In this document: positions 17,496 through 26,755 of the stretch, one piece after another
Layout of the letters: each line of letters starts with the position of its first letter
Position numbering within the stretch: the stretch's first letter is position 1
Source: an uncultured Elusimicrobia bacterium
GTDB lineage: Bacteria; Elusimicrobiota; Elusimicrobia; F11
Assembly: GCA_964463805.1 (NCBI GenBank)
Contig: CAYXDS010000002.1
Span: forward strand, 1-44,842
DNA length: 44,842 bases
Reading direction: 5' to 3'
Made by a program: the position numbers and the translations under genes
The notes under the pieces: generated by a model
What the model was told of the DNA's origin: nothing
Seen by the model: the letters and a program-made list of their open reading frames with translations, nothing else
Database searches by the model: none

Positions 17496-17564
17496 GTCTC
17501 CCCCGCGAAGGCGGGGGCCCAGACACTTCAGGTGGCTGGATTCCCGCCTTCGCGGGAATGACGG
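17496..17564. repeat. REP/MITE-like nested-palindromic element, copy 1 (69 nt)
   Basis: GTCTCCCCCGCGAAGGCGGGGGCCCAGACACTTCAGGTGGCTGGATTCCCGCCTTCGCGGGAATGACGG. This forms three consecutive hairpins: CCCCCGC-GAAG-GCGGGGG, an imperfect CCAGACAC..GTGGCTGG, and TTCCCGC-CTTC-GCGGGAA. It matches the reverse complement of copy 2 at 66 of 69 positions (hand count). Confidence 0.85.
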
Positions 17565-17569
17565 CATTT

Positions 17570-18274
17570 TTATGGTTCCACCAACTGTCCGTCGGTTTTT
17601 TCCAAATATAATTTGAGTCTTTTCACGCGGAGGCTTTGAGTGGGAACACCCATCTCCACCTGCGCGTCGTCCCATCCGCACACCGCTTGAACGATGCGCT
17701 CGGGCTTCAATGTGCGTCCGGGGCCGAACCGTATGTCGAGCATGAGTCGGTCCCCTTCCAATTTCCAAGCGCGCACGCACGCGCGCACATCGATGACCAC
17801 GTCACCGCTTTCTTTTTTCTTCGTGACCATCACATGTTGCTGCTTTGAAAAATCTTCCCACTTGCCCTCGGTGCCGGCCAGCTGCGGCGCCACCAGTTCG
17901 TACGACGCCGCGTTCAACGTCTGATCGAGTGACGGAAAAAAGCGCGGAATCGACTTCACGTTGACCAGCCGATAACCTTCCGGCAAATGTTTCTGCAACG
18001 ATTCGGCGGCCGTCGTCATGTTCAATCGCGACATCAGCTCAACATCGCAATACTCGGCGTCCGATTCGTACCCGACCGAAATCGCCGGACCAAACGACAC
18101 CTTCGGCTTCGGCCGTTTTCCCTCCGACTTGGCCAGCGGCCAATCGGATTTTTCAAGCGCGCGACGCACCGCTTCGATCTGCTGCAAATGGCTCACCTGC
18201 GAAGCCACGCCGCTGCGCGAAAGTTTCAACCGTACTCGCTGCAATGCAATGATCACAGCATGTACCTGCGCCAA
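17570..18274 (-). CDS. DUF2344-type (TIGR03936-like, radical-SAM-associated) protein
   Basis: ...RVRLKLSRSGVASQVSHLQQIEAVRRALEKSDWPLAKSEGKRPKPKVSFGPAISVGYESDAEYCDVEL... matches the family pattern 'r.rf.K.G.lrf.SHL.....RA..Ra..P.a.S.GF.P.Pk.sf.paL.vG.eS.aEy.d.el'. The start is uncertain: TTG at 18274, or GTG at 18256 which overlaps the rodA stop as GTGA. Confidence 0.7.
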   Translation of the reverse strand: MAQVHAVIIALQRVRLKLSRSGVASQVSHLQQIEAVRRALEKSDWPLAKSEGKRPKPKVSFGPAISVGYESDAEYCDVELMSRLNMTTAAESLQKHLPEGYRLVNVKSIPRFFPSLDQTLNAASYELVAPQLAGTEGKWEDFSKQQHVMVTKKKESGDVVIDVRACVRAWKLEGDRLMLDIRFGPGRTLKPERIVQAVCGWDDAQVEMGVPTQSLRVKRLKLYLEKTDGQLVEP

Positions 18275-19611
18275 TGAATGGAAAGCAAAATGCCGACCGC
18301 GAACATCGAACTGACCACCGATGAACCGCCGTAGGACACCATCGGCAACGGCACGCCGGCGACAGGGGCCATGCCCATCGTCATGCCGAGATTTAGCAAC
18401 GCGTAAAACGCGAACATCGATGCGAAACCGGCCGCCACGAGCCCGCCGAACCGATCGCGTGCAACCAAAGAAATCTCAAAGCCTCTCCATATGATGAGGA
18501 AGTAGAAAGTGAGCACGATCATCGCGCGAAGAAATCCTTGCTCTTCGCCGATCACCGAGAAAATGAAGTCGGTGTTCCGGCTGGGCAGAAATCCGAGCCG
18601 CGACTGCGTGCCTTTTCCGTATCCTTTTCCGAGGATGCGACCTGAACCGATCGCAATCTGCGATTGCCGCACGTTGTAGCCTCCGCCGAGCGGATCGAGC
18701 TCGGGACTCACGAACGCCACCAATCGTTTGCGCTGATACACTTTGATCACGCGGTTCGTGCCGATCGCGCCGAGCACGCCGGCCAGCAACAAGCCGAGCG
18801 TGACCCACAAATAAAGCGCCGGTACGTACACGCGCATTTTGCGCAGGAACCACCAAACCAAAATCAACGACACGAACACGCCGACGAAAAGCCAAACGCT
18901 CGGCCATCCGCCGTGGATCGATTGCGCGATGAAATGAAGCACCGGGCGTTTTTTAATCGCTTCCCCCATGAGACTCAAGTAGGTGGACAACAACGGAATA
19001 CCGGCCGCCAAGCCGCCGACCAAACACAACGCAAGTAAATGAATCGTGCGGGCACCGGCCGCATAGAACATCACGAGCGTGACCGGAATATAGACGAGGC
19101 TCGACGAAAAATCAGGCTGAATGATGATCAACAGAATCGGCAAGAAAGCGAGTGCAAACGGCGCGACCAACGATTTCACATACGTCCATTGAATACGCCG
19201 ATCCAAATAGCCGGCCAACGTGAGAACGAACGTTATCTTCGTCACTTCCGACGATTGCAAATACACGGGGCCCAAATGAAACCACCCGCGCGTTCCGCGA
19301 AGGTTCGCACCGAACACCAGCACGCCGACCAAAACGCAGAGCATGAAAATATAGATCGGCCGAATGTAACCGCGGAAAATCTGATACGGCAACACGGTCA
19401 ACACCAACATGCCCGCCAATCCAACCATCGCGGCCGTCGATTGCCGCAATACAAAACCGTTGGATCCGCCGGATTCCGTCGAATAAATCGTGAGAATGCC
19501 GATGACCACCGTGAGGATCGTCGCGATCAACAAAACGAAATCCACGTGGAACCCGCGTGAGAAAAACGAAACGTGTTGAGCAGCCGATGTGCCGTATCCG
19601 CGCGAACTCAT
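18253..19611 (-). CDS. rodA: SEDS-family peptidoglycan glycosyltransferase RodA
   Basis: Polytopic membrane protein (452 aa) with an FtsW/RodA-type C-terminal region (...GYNVRQSQIAIGSGRILGKGYGKGTQSRLGFLPSRNTDFIFSVIGEE...GVPLPMVSYGGSS...). Its ATG overlaps the mrdA stop as ATGA. Confidence 0.9.
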   Translation of the reverse strand: MSSRGYGTSAAQHVSFFSRGFHVDFVLLIATILTVVIGILTIYSTESGGSNGFVLRQSTAAMVGLAGMLVLTVLPYQIFRGYIRPIYIFMLCVLVGVLVFGANLRGTRGWFHLGPVYLQSSEVTKITFVLTLAGYLDRRIQWTYVKSLVAPFALAFLPILLIIIQPDFSSSLVYIPVTLVMFYAAGARTIHLLALCLVGGLAAGIPLLSTYLSLMGEAIKKRPVLHFIAQSIHGGWPSVWLFVGVFVSLILVWWFLRKMRVYVPALYLWVTLGLLLAGVLGAIGTNRVIKVYQRKRLVAFVSPELDPLGGGYNVRQSQIAIGSGRILGKGYGKGTQSRLGFLPSRNTDFIFSVIGEEQGFLRAMIVLTFYFLIIWRGFEISLVARDRFGGLVAAGFASMFAFYALLNLGMTMGMAPVAGVPLPMVSYGGSSVVSSMFAVGILLSIHWRRYML

Positions 19612-21458
19612 TGCAGCTCCTTTTCTGATTCTGCCACCGGCTTCTGTTCCTCAGCAGCGGGCTTGCCCGCCGTAGCCTCGGCGGAGGCGGGAGCATTGGG
19701 ATCGGGCAACGCGGTTTCGAGCATCCGACGAACGATCGGTGCCGATACCACGCCGCCGTGGCCGCCGTTTTCCACGAATACACAGATCGAGATCTTCGGC
19801 GCTTGACCTTTGTATCCGGCATAACCGGCAAACCACGCATGATCTTCGCCGTGCGGATTTTGCGCGGTTCCGGTTTTTCCGCGAACGTCCAGATAGGAAA
19901 TCTTCGTCGCCATTCCGGTTCCTTGCTGCACCACATTCTCAAGCGAACGGCTCACGTTTTCCCATGTGCTTTCTTTAAGTTGAATCGTGCGCTTCAAGGA
20001 CGGCGCGTGCTTGTATCGCAACACGCCGTTCATATCGATCACGCTGTCGAGCGCATAGGTGCGGAATATTTGGCCGTGCGTGGCAATCGCGGTCATCATC
20101 ACCGCAACCTGCAGCGGCGTGGCCACCGTGTAACCTTGACCGATCGCCATGTTGTACGTGTCGCCCGTCGACCAACCACCGAGTCCCAATTTCCGTTTCC
20201 ACGCGGGACTCCCGACCACGCCTTTATTTTCTCCGGACAGAGTGTCTTGCACCGGCCCGCCAAAGCCAAACATCTGCGCGGTATCGGCGATTGATTGCGG
20301 ACCGATTTTTTTGCCGAGCGCATAGAAATAACTGTCGCACGACTCGCCCATCGCGCGCCAGTAATCGACATATCCGTGCTTCTTCCAACATTTGTAGCGC
20401 TTCTCGCCGCCTTTACCGTCGGGCAGTGAAACGAAGCCGACACAGTTCACAATTTCCGAGGTACGAATCATTTCCTTTTCAAAACCGGCGATCGCCGTGA
20501 TAATTTTAAACGTGGAACCCGGCGGATAACCGCCCTTGTACACGCGATCTAAGAATGGCGACTTTGGATCTTTCAAATTATCAACCATCGATCCGGTCGG
20601 ATCGAACGCGGGCGCGCTGGCCCACGCGAGAATCGCTCCGTTCGTCACGTCGATCGCCACCGCCGCGCCGCGTTTGCTTTCCGTTTTCTGCAATTCTTCT
20701 TCGGCCACCCGCTGAACATCGAGATCGAGCGTCAAATGCACGTCGCCGCCTTTCTGGAACGGCAACTCCTTGATGACGCGCTTCAGTCGACCCACCGAAT
20801 CAACTTCGATCATCATGCCGCCGTCGCGGCCGCGCAACTTATCGTCTTGTATACGTTCGATGCCCATTTTTCCGACCAGATCGCCCGGCTTGAGCACGCC
20901 TTTGATTTCATTTTCGCCGACTTCACCGAGATAACCGATCAAGTGCGGCGCGCTGATGCCAAGCGGATACCCGCGCCGGAATTCCATGACCACGCGGAGT
21001 CCGGGCAAAATCAATTCCATTTCGCGCATGAGAAATGCGACTTTGTCCGGCACGTTCTCGACCAGACGCACCATCTGTTTGCTCTGAAACGCTTTCGACA
21101 GCCGTTTCATCCAATATTGTGGGAACGGTTCGAGGAACGGTTTGAGCGTCTGCTCCACCACCGACTGCGACACAGTGGATTTCTCTGGCACCGAATACAC
21201 AAGCGACCACGTGGGCCGATTCGTTACGAACACGCGCCCTTTGCGATCAAAAAAATCTCCGCGCGGCGCGCGCAAAAAAATCACCTGCGTGCGATTCGAC
21301 TCCGACAAATGCGCAAGATCGTTCCCCCGCACCACCTGCAAATCAAACAATCGCAGCGCAATCACCGAATACCCGGCCGCAAACAACACGCTCATAAACC
21401 GCACGCGCCCGCGAAACCGCTTCTCGGAAAAAGTATCTGTGCTACCGCCGACCCACAT
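19608..21458 (-). CDS. mrdA: Penicillin-binding protein 2 (elongasome transpeptidase)
   Basis: PBP2-like N-terminus (...RFRGRVRFMSVLFAAGYSVIALRLFDLQVVRGNDL...NRTQVIFLRAPRGDFFDRKG) and transpeptidase motifs (PPGSTFKI, ...SGENKG..., ...KTGTAQ). I place the start at ATG 21458. The track ORF extends to a GTG at 21563 by reading into the hairpin-rich spacer. Confidence 0.88.
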   Translation of the reverse strand: MWVGGSTDTFSEKRFRGRVRFMSVLFAAGYSVIALRLFDLQVVRGNDLAHLSESNRTQVIFLRAPRGDFFDRKGRVFVTNRPTWSLVYSVPEKSTVSQSVVEQTLKPFLEPFPQYWMKRLSKAFQSKQMVRLVENVPDKVAFLMREMELILPGLRVVMEFRRGYPLGISAPHLIGYLGEVGENEIKGVLKPGDLVGKMGIERIQDDKLRGRDGGMMIEVDSVGRLKRVIKELPFQKGGDVHLTLDLDVQRVAEEELQKTESKRGAAVAIDVTNGAILAWASAPAFDPTGSMVDNLKDPKSPFLDRVYKGGYPPGSTFKIITAIAGFEKEMIRTSEIVNCVGFVSLPDGKGGEKRYKCWKKHGYVDYWRAMGESCDSYFYALGKKIGPQSIADTAQMFGFGGPVQDTLSGENKGVVGSPAWKRKLGLGGWSTGDTYNMAIGQGYTVATPLQVAVMMTAIATHGQIFRTYALDSVIDMNGVLRYKHAPSLKRTIQLKESTWENVSRSLENVVQQGTGMATKISYLDVRGKTGTAQNPHGEDHAWFAGYAGYKGQAPKISICVFVENGGHGGVVSAPIVRRMLETALPDPNAPASAEATAGKPAAEEQKPVAESEKELQ

Positions 21459-21861
21459 CGCTACACCTGCCTCTGAGAACACGCAAACATGAGTTCCTCC
21501 CCGCCGTGAGGGGAGGTTAGGAGGGGAGCCCACACCGAAGCGATCGCTCCGGTGTTGCCCCACCCCTGGCCCTCGCCAGGGCGAGTCACCTGCGGAGACC
21601 TCCCCTTCGGGGAGTGGAATGATATTGGTCGTCGCCCCGGCCCTTCAGCGGCTGCGCACACATAAGAAAGGTGTAAGCCGGGGCCTCGATTGTGTTCGAA
21701 CTCCGATTCCTGGTCGAGGTCCCCACCTTCGCAAGCTACGGTGGGCAAGCCGGCTTGCCGGCCGTAGCGTTTTTCAGCGGAGGCCGGGACGACGAGGGGG
21801 CCGAAGGGTTTTTCCCCTCTTTGAGGGGAAATTAAAAGGGGAGAACTGTTCGCCGTGCGCA
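21459..21861. repeat. 403-nt GC-rich, hairpin-dense spacer between mreD and mrdA (REP-cluster or structured-RNA candidate)
   Basis: At least eight stem-loops are readable. Examples: CCTCCCC-gccgtga-GGGGAGG (~21497-21517), CCCTGGC-cctc-GCCAGGG (~21564-21581), CTCCC-cttcg-GGGAG (~21600-21614) and GCCCCGGC...GCCGGGGC (~21634-21683). Further examples: CCTCGA...TCGAGG (~21684-21719), CCCACC...GGTGGG (~21722-21745), the palindrome GCAAGCCGGCTTGC (~21745-21758) and TTCCCCTC-ttt-GAGGGGAA (~21812-21830). Confidence 0.6.
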
Positions 21862-22359
21862 TCATATGTGCTCCTGCGGAATGTGCCACAGCGAGACCCA
21901 GCGTTCGGTAAACACAAACAGCACGGTGGCGAACAGAACGTTGTAAACCGCTTCCAACATGAAATGGAGAATGGAGAAATGGCCCTGCGCTTCGTCGAAC
22001 ATCGCGTGGAGGCCGGCGGTGGCCAGCATGTAGTAGAGCGTGGCGACGAGTGCGATCACCATCTGAGCGGTTGGACGTTCGCTGGCCACGCGGCGGCGCA
22101 AATGGCCGGCCACATAACCGGCCAGCGCGAGCATCAGCGCGTTCATGCCGAACAAGCGAATGCCCGACGCATCGCTCATGAGGCCCCAACAAAATCCGAG
22201 AACTTCGCCCATGATCGGACCGAAAATAAATCCGTGCGCGATGGTCAGCAGAAGTAACACTTGCGGAGACGCGTCGTACAACGACAGGTAATGGTGCAAC
22301 ACCAATTGAAGCAAAGCGCCGACGATGAGCGTGCCGCAAACAAACAAAAAGCGGATCAT
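21862..22359 (-). CDS. mreD: Rod shape-determining protein MreD
   Basis: 165-aa polytopic membrane protein directly after mreC, overlapping it by 4 nt. Its position and size are typical of MreD. Confidence 0.8.
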   Translation of the reverse strand: MIRFLFVCGTLIVGALLQLVLHHYLSLYDASPQVLLLLTIAHGFIFGPIMGEVLGFCWGLMSDASGIRLFGMNALMLALAGYVAGHLRRRVASERPTAQMVIALVATLYYMLATAGLHAMFDEAQGHFSILHFMLEAVYNVLFATVLFVFTERWVSLWHIPQEHI

Positions 22360-23222
22360 GGTTTTGCGGTTTCCTTCACGTCCGGTTCTTTCGCGAGTTC
22401 TTTGCGTTCGAGAACAAGCACGTCTCGCAGCGAACCGGCGTTCACATACGGCATGACCACCGCTTCTTTAAAAAATCCGTCGGCGGAATCTTTCACGCTC
22501 GTGACTTGGCCGACCGGGATGCCGGGCGGAAAAATGCCACCGAGACCCGCGGTCACCGCTTCGTCGCCGACCACGACGTCCGCCAAATGCGGCAAATAAT
22601 TAAGTTTGGCCCATGGTTTATTCTGACCTTCGAGCAATCCCATATCGCCGGTGCGAACGATCGTTACCGACACCGCCGACAATGAATCGGACAACAATAA
22701 AACCTTGCCCACGTTATCGCGCAATTCAATTACGCGTCCGACCAACATCGGCCGTTCGGTCGTGCCCGACACGACGGCGGCCGACGATCCAACGCCATCG
22801 GCGGAACCTTTATTGATCGAGATCGCATGAAACCAATCGCGCATATCGCGGCCGATCACTTCGGCGCCGATGCCTTTCGGAAATTTTTGCTGACGCAGAT
22901 CGAGCAACGCGCGCAGTCGATTGTTTTCCGCTTCAAGCGCGTCGCGCTCGACTTCGCGCTTCGACAATTGGGCGTTCTGTGTGCGGAGGATGGAATTCTC
23001 GGCTTCGGCGCGCACGAGACCGAAAAATCGGCCGGCCGTCGAATCCAATGTATTGAAAAAATGGCCGGAACCGGCGACCGTCGGAGATACGAGGAACCAT
23101 ACGCTGGCCTTCAGCGCCATTACGGTCGCGGCCGCTTGGAGCGACATCGTCAGCATAGAGAAGATCGTGAAACACAACATCAGCACGCCCGCACGATGCC
23201 GGTGTAAAAATTCAAGAAACAC
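22356..23222 (-). CDS. mreC: Rod shape-determining protein MreC
   Basis: N-terminal TM segment, coiled-coil region (...ENSILRTQNAQLSKREVERDALEAENNRLRALLDLRQQ...), then a beta-rich domain (...VVSGTTERPMLVGRVIEL...GGIFPPGIPVGQVTSV...). The start is GTG at 23222, preceded by AGGGGA. Confidence 0.88.
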   Translation of the reverse strand: MFLEFLHRHRAGVLMLCFTIFSMLTMSLQAAATVMALKASVWFLVSPTVAGSGHFFNTLDSTAGRFFGLVRAEAENSILRTQNAQLSKREVERDALEAENNRLRALLDLRQQKFPKGIGAEVIGRDMRDWFHAISINKGSADGVGSSAAVVSGTTERPMLVGRVIELRDNVGKVLLLSDSLSAVSVTIVRTGDMGLLEGQNKPWAKLNYLPHLADVVVGDEAVTAGLGGIFPPGIPVGQVTSVKDSADGFFKEAVVMPYVNAGSLRDVLVLERKELAKEPDVKETAKP

Positions 23223-23371
23223 GGCACTTGTCCCCTATGAAGTGGGATGCGGAATTAGTGACAGTTTGTGGGAGGTGTATGTATCGCGAGCGAAAAAGAA
23301 TTAGAAAAATTTTTTTCACGAAGAGTCCGTGTCTCCAAAATTAGTCTTGAGATAAAAATTTGTGTGTTCAT

Positions 23372-24412
<1,041 letters not shown>

Positions 24413-24422
24413 TTGTCCCTCT

Positions 24423-24491
24423 CCGTCATTCCCGCGAAGGCGGGAATCCAGACACCTCAAGTGCCTGGGCCCCCGCCTTCGCGGGGGAGAC
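24423..24491. repeat. REP/MITE-like nested-palindromic element, copy 2 (69 nt, inverted relative to copy 1)
   Basis: CCGTCATTCCCGCGAAGGCGGGAATCCAGACACCTCAAGTGCCTGGGCCCCCGCCTTCGCGGGGGAGAC, located between the rplQ stop and the mreB SD. Confidence 0.85.
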
Positions 24492-24528
24492 GACATTTTG
24501 TAATAGCTTTGTAGCTATTTTGACGTTA

Positions 24529-24882
24529 TCAGGCAATTAATTTGATCAGCGCCATCTGCGCGTTGTCGCCCTGACGGTTTTGCAGACGGAACACTTTCGT
24601 GTATCCGCCGACACGATTTGCGTAACGCGTGGCGAGAACGTCGAAAAGCTTCTTCGTCACTTCGACATCGCGAATATCTTTCGCAACGACACGACGCGCG
24701 TTCATATCGCCTTTTTTCGCGGCCGAGATGACTTTCTCGGTCATCCGCGAACATTCTTTCGCTTTGGGAAACGTGGTTTGAATTTGTTCGTAACGGATCA
24801 AATCCGTCGTAAGACTGCGGAGCATCGCAAAGCGAAACCCCGTTTTGCGGCCGAGTTTACGGCCCGCGCCTGTCTTTGCCAT
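24529..24882 (-). CDS. rplQ: 50S ribosomal protein L17
   Basis: MAKTGAGRKLGRKTGFRFAMLRSLTTDLIRYEQIQTT.PKAKE...; positioned after rpoA. Confidence 0.95.
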   Translation of the reverse strand: MAKTGAGRKLGRKTGFRFAMLRSLTTDLIRYEQIQTTFPKAKECSRMTEKVISAAKKGDMNARRVVAKDIRDVEVTKKLFDVLATRYANRVGGYTKVFRLQNRQGDNAQMALIKLIA

Positions 24883-24888
24883 GGCTGA

Positions 24889-25884
24889 TTAAACTCCCGC
24901 AGGCTGGCTCGCCGAACCGGTCGAGCGACCGAGGCCCAAGCCCATTTCTTTCAAACGGTCGCGAATTTCGTCGAGCGACTTTTTGCCAAAGTTTTTGTAC
25001 GACAACAGTTCGTCTTCGGACTTGCTCACGAGTTCGCCGATCGTTTTGATCTTCGCGACTTTCAAGCAGTTCGACGCGCGGACCGAGAGTTCGATGATCT
25101 CGACCGGCTGTTGCAGCAACTCTTCCATCTTCGCGGACTCTTCGGTGCGAACTTGCGCTTGGATCGGCGCCACTTCTTGTTCGTCAAACGTGATGAACGT
25201 GGTCAACGAGTCCTTCAAGATTTTCGCCGAGTACGCGAGAGCGTCGCCCGGGGTCACGCTGCCGTCGGTCCAAACTTCGACGATCAGCTTGTCGTAGTCG
25301 GTCATTTGACCGACGCGCGCGTTTTCGACTTCGTAGTGAACTTTCGACACCGGCGAGAACAGCGCGTCGACTGGAATCGTGCCGAGCGGCTGGCCGTCTT
25401 TCTTCAAACGGTCGGCCGGAATGTAGCCGCGGCCTTTCGACACTTCGATTTCCATGTCCAATTCGACGCCGTCATCGATCGTCGCGAGCACCAGATCCGG
25501 CGTAAGAATTTCAACTTGATTGTTCGGCTCGATGTCTTTCGCGTACACTTCGCCCTGGCGACGGATTTTCAAACGCAGCGTTTCCGGGCCTTGGCTGTAG
25601 AGTTTCACGCGCAGCTTTTTCATGTTCAAGATGATGTGGATCACGTCTTCGCGAACGCCCTTCAGCGCCGTGAATTCGTGCAGCGCGCCTTTGATGCGCA
25701 CCGCTGTGACCGCCGCTCCTTCGAGCGACGAGAGCAAAATGCGGCGAAGCGAGTTTCCAATCGTATGGCCGTACCCTTTTTCGAACGGCTCCGCCACGAA
25801 GCGACCGTAGCGGTCGGTCAATGTGGCGTTGTCGATTTCGAGACGTTGCGGCAATACGAGACCTTGCGTAATTTGAGTTGTCAT
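24889..25884 (-). CDS. rpoA: DNA-directed RNA polymerase subunit alpha
   Basis: ...GYGHTIGNSLRRILLSSLEGAAVTAVRIKG..., with a C-terminal domain ...ELSVRASNCLKVAKIKTIGELV.... The start is ATG 25884 (MTTQITQG), preceded by AGGAGA. The track ORF start at 25923 is probably an upstream extension. Confidence 0.95.
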   Translation of the reverse strand: MTTQITQGLVLPQRLEIDNATLTDRYGRFVAEPFEKGYGHTIGNSLRRILLSSLEGAAVTAVRIKGALHEFTALKGVREDVIHIILNMKKLRVKLYSQGPETLRLKIRRQGEVYAKDIEPNNQVEILTPDLVLATIDDGVELDMEIEVSKGRGYIPADRLKKDGQPLGTIPVDALFSPVSKVHYEVENARVGQMTDYDKLIVEVWTDGSVTPGDALAYSAKILKDSLTTFITFDEQEVAPIQAQVRTEESAKMEELLQQPVEIIELSVRASNCLKVAKIKTIGELVSKSEDELLSYKNFGKKSLDEIRDRLKEMGLGLGRSTGSASQPAGV

Positions 25885-25975
25885 TTTTTTATTCTCCTGT
25901 TTTATCGTTGCAACGACATGCATCTCTCATGTGAAACACGGGATGCAGCCTTTCCGCGACGATGTTTAAAAATTT

Positions 25976-26045
25976 CGTCTTTCCCGCGAAGGCGGGAATC
26001 CAGACACCTTAGGCGTCTGGGCCCCCGCCTACGCGGGGGTGACGG
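25976..26045. repeat. REP/MITE-like nested-palindromic element, copy 3 (~70 nt, same orientation as copy 2)
   Basis: CGTCTTTCCCGCGAAGGCGGGAATCCAGACACCTTAGGCGTCTGGGCCCCCGCCTACGCGGGGGTGACGG, located between the rpsD stop and the rpoA start. Confidence 0.8.
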
Positions 26046-26050
26046 CTAAA

Positions 26051-26734
26051 TTATTTCGAGTACAGTTCGACGATGTACTGTTCGTTGACCGGGTACGACA
26101 TTTCTTCGCGGGTCGGCATCAATTTCACGGTGCCTTCCACTTTCATTTCTTTCAGATCAACGGGCAAATCTTTTGAACGACCAAGAGCATCCGCCACGGC
26201 CGGGTTGAGTTCCAACCATGCCGGAATCTGACGATGCAGTTGCGTCGCGATCGCACGTTGAATGCGCGCGTTGCCTTTCTGACCTTCGGACAACGTCACA
26301 ACGTCACCGATCTTCGTAATGTACGAAGCGGTGTTCACACGCTTGCCGTTCACCGAAATGTGACCATGGTTCACGAGCTGACGGGCCGACGCCATCGACG
26401 AGGCAAAGCCCAAACGGCGGACCACGTTGTCGAGACGCGTCTCAAGGAAACGCAACAACGCTTCGCCGGTTTTTCCCGGTTCGTGCGTGGCGCGATCGAA
26501 GTACGAATAAAACGAACGTTCAAGAAGACCGGCGATACGCTTGGTCTTTTGTTTCTCGCGGAGCCGCTTACCGTATTCGGTGATTTTCGATCGACGTTTT
26601 CCGTGCTGACCCGGCACCAACGCACCGGTCGGCTTATCGATCGGACACTTTGTGTAGCAGCGTTCCCCTTTTAGGAAAAGCTTCGTGCCTTCCCGACGGC
26701 ATAATTTGCAAACAGCTCCAATATATCTGGCCAA
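26051..26734 (-). CDS. rpsD: 30S ribosomal protein S4 (with N-terminal Cys4 cluster)
   Basis: MARYIGAVCKLCRREGTKLFLKGERCYTKCPIDK...; conserved position in the alpha operon. Confidence 0.95.
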   Translation of the reverse strand: MARYIGAVCKLCRREGTKLFLKGERCYTKCPIDKPTGALVPGQHGKRRSKITEYGKRLREKQKTKRIAGLLERSFYSYFDRATHEPGKTGEALLRFLETRLDNVVRRLGFASSMASARQLVNHGHISVNGKRVNTASYITKIGDVVTLSEGQKGNARIQRAIATQLHRQIPAWLELNPAVADALGRSKDLPVDLKEMKVEGTVKLMPTREEMSYPVNEQYIVELYSK

Positions 26735-26755
26735 CGTAATTCTCCTTTCTTCTGA

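Noticed and set aside
19112-19942. 276-aa minus-strand ORF overlapping the rodA/mrdA junction in another frame
   Set aside because: It is entirely nested in the rodA and mrdA coding regions. It is Arg-rich and low-complexity, with no independent support.
21684-21719. tRNA/tmRNA-like GTTCGAA T-loop motif in the mreD-mrdA spacer
   Set aside because: No acceptor stem, anticodon arm or CCA-proximal pairing could be built around it. It is simply the loop region of the CCTCGA...TCGAGG hairpin.
21461-22339. 292-aa minus-strand ORF spanning the mreD-mrdA spacer and overlapping mreD
   Set aside because: The part overlapping mreD is an alternative-frame shadow. Only the spacer-spanning portion is discussed, as a low-probability alternative, in the spacer finding.
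23301-23371. Terminator downstream of mreB (CACG-GACTCTT-CGTG) and the AT hairpin after rplQ (AATAGCT-TTGT-AGCTATT, 24502-24519)
   Set aside because: The stems are only 4-7 bp and are followed by A-runs or mixed sequence rather than a U-tract on the transcribed strand.
24413-24496. N-terminal extensions of the track ORFs for mreB (to 24496), mrdA (to 21563), rpoA (to 25923) and rpsS (to 37092)
   Set aside because: The extensions translate REP or hairpin sequence or the upstream gene's 3' end. Canonical N-termini with good SD sites lie at the downstream starts.
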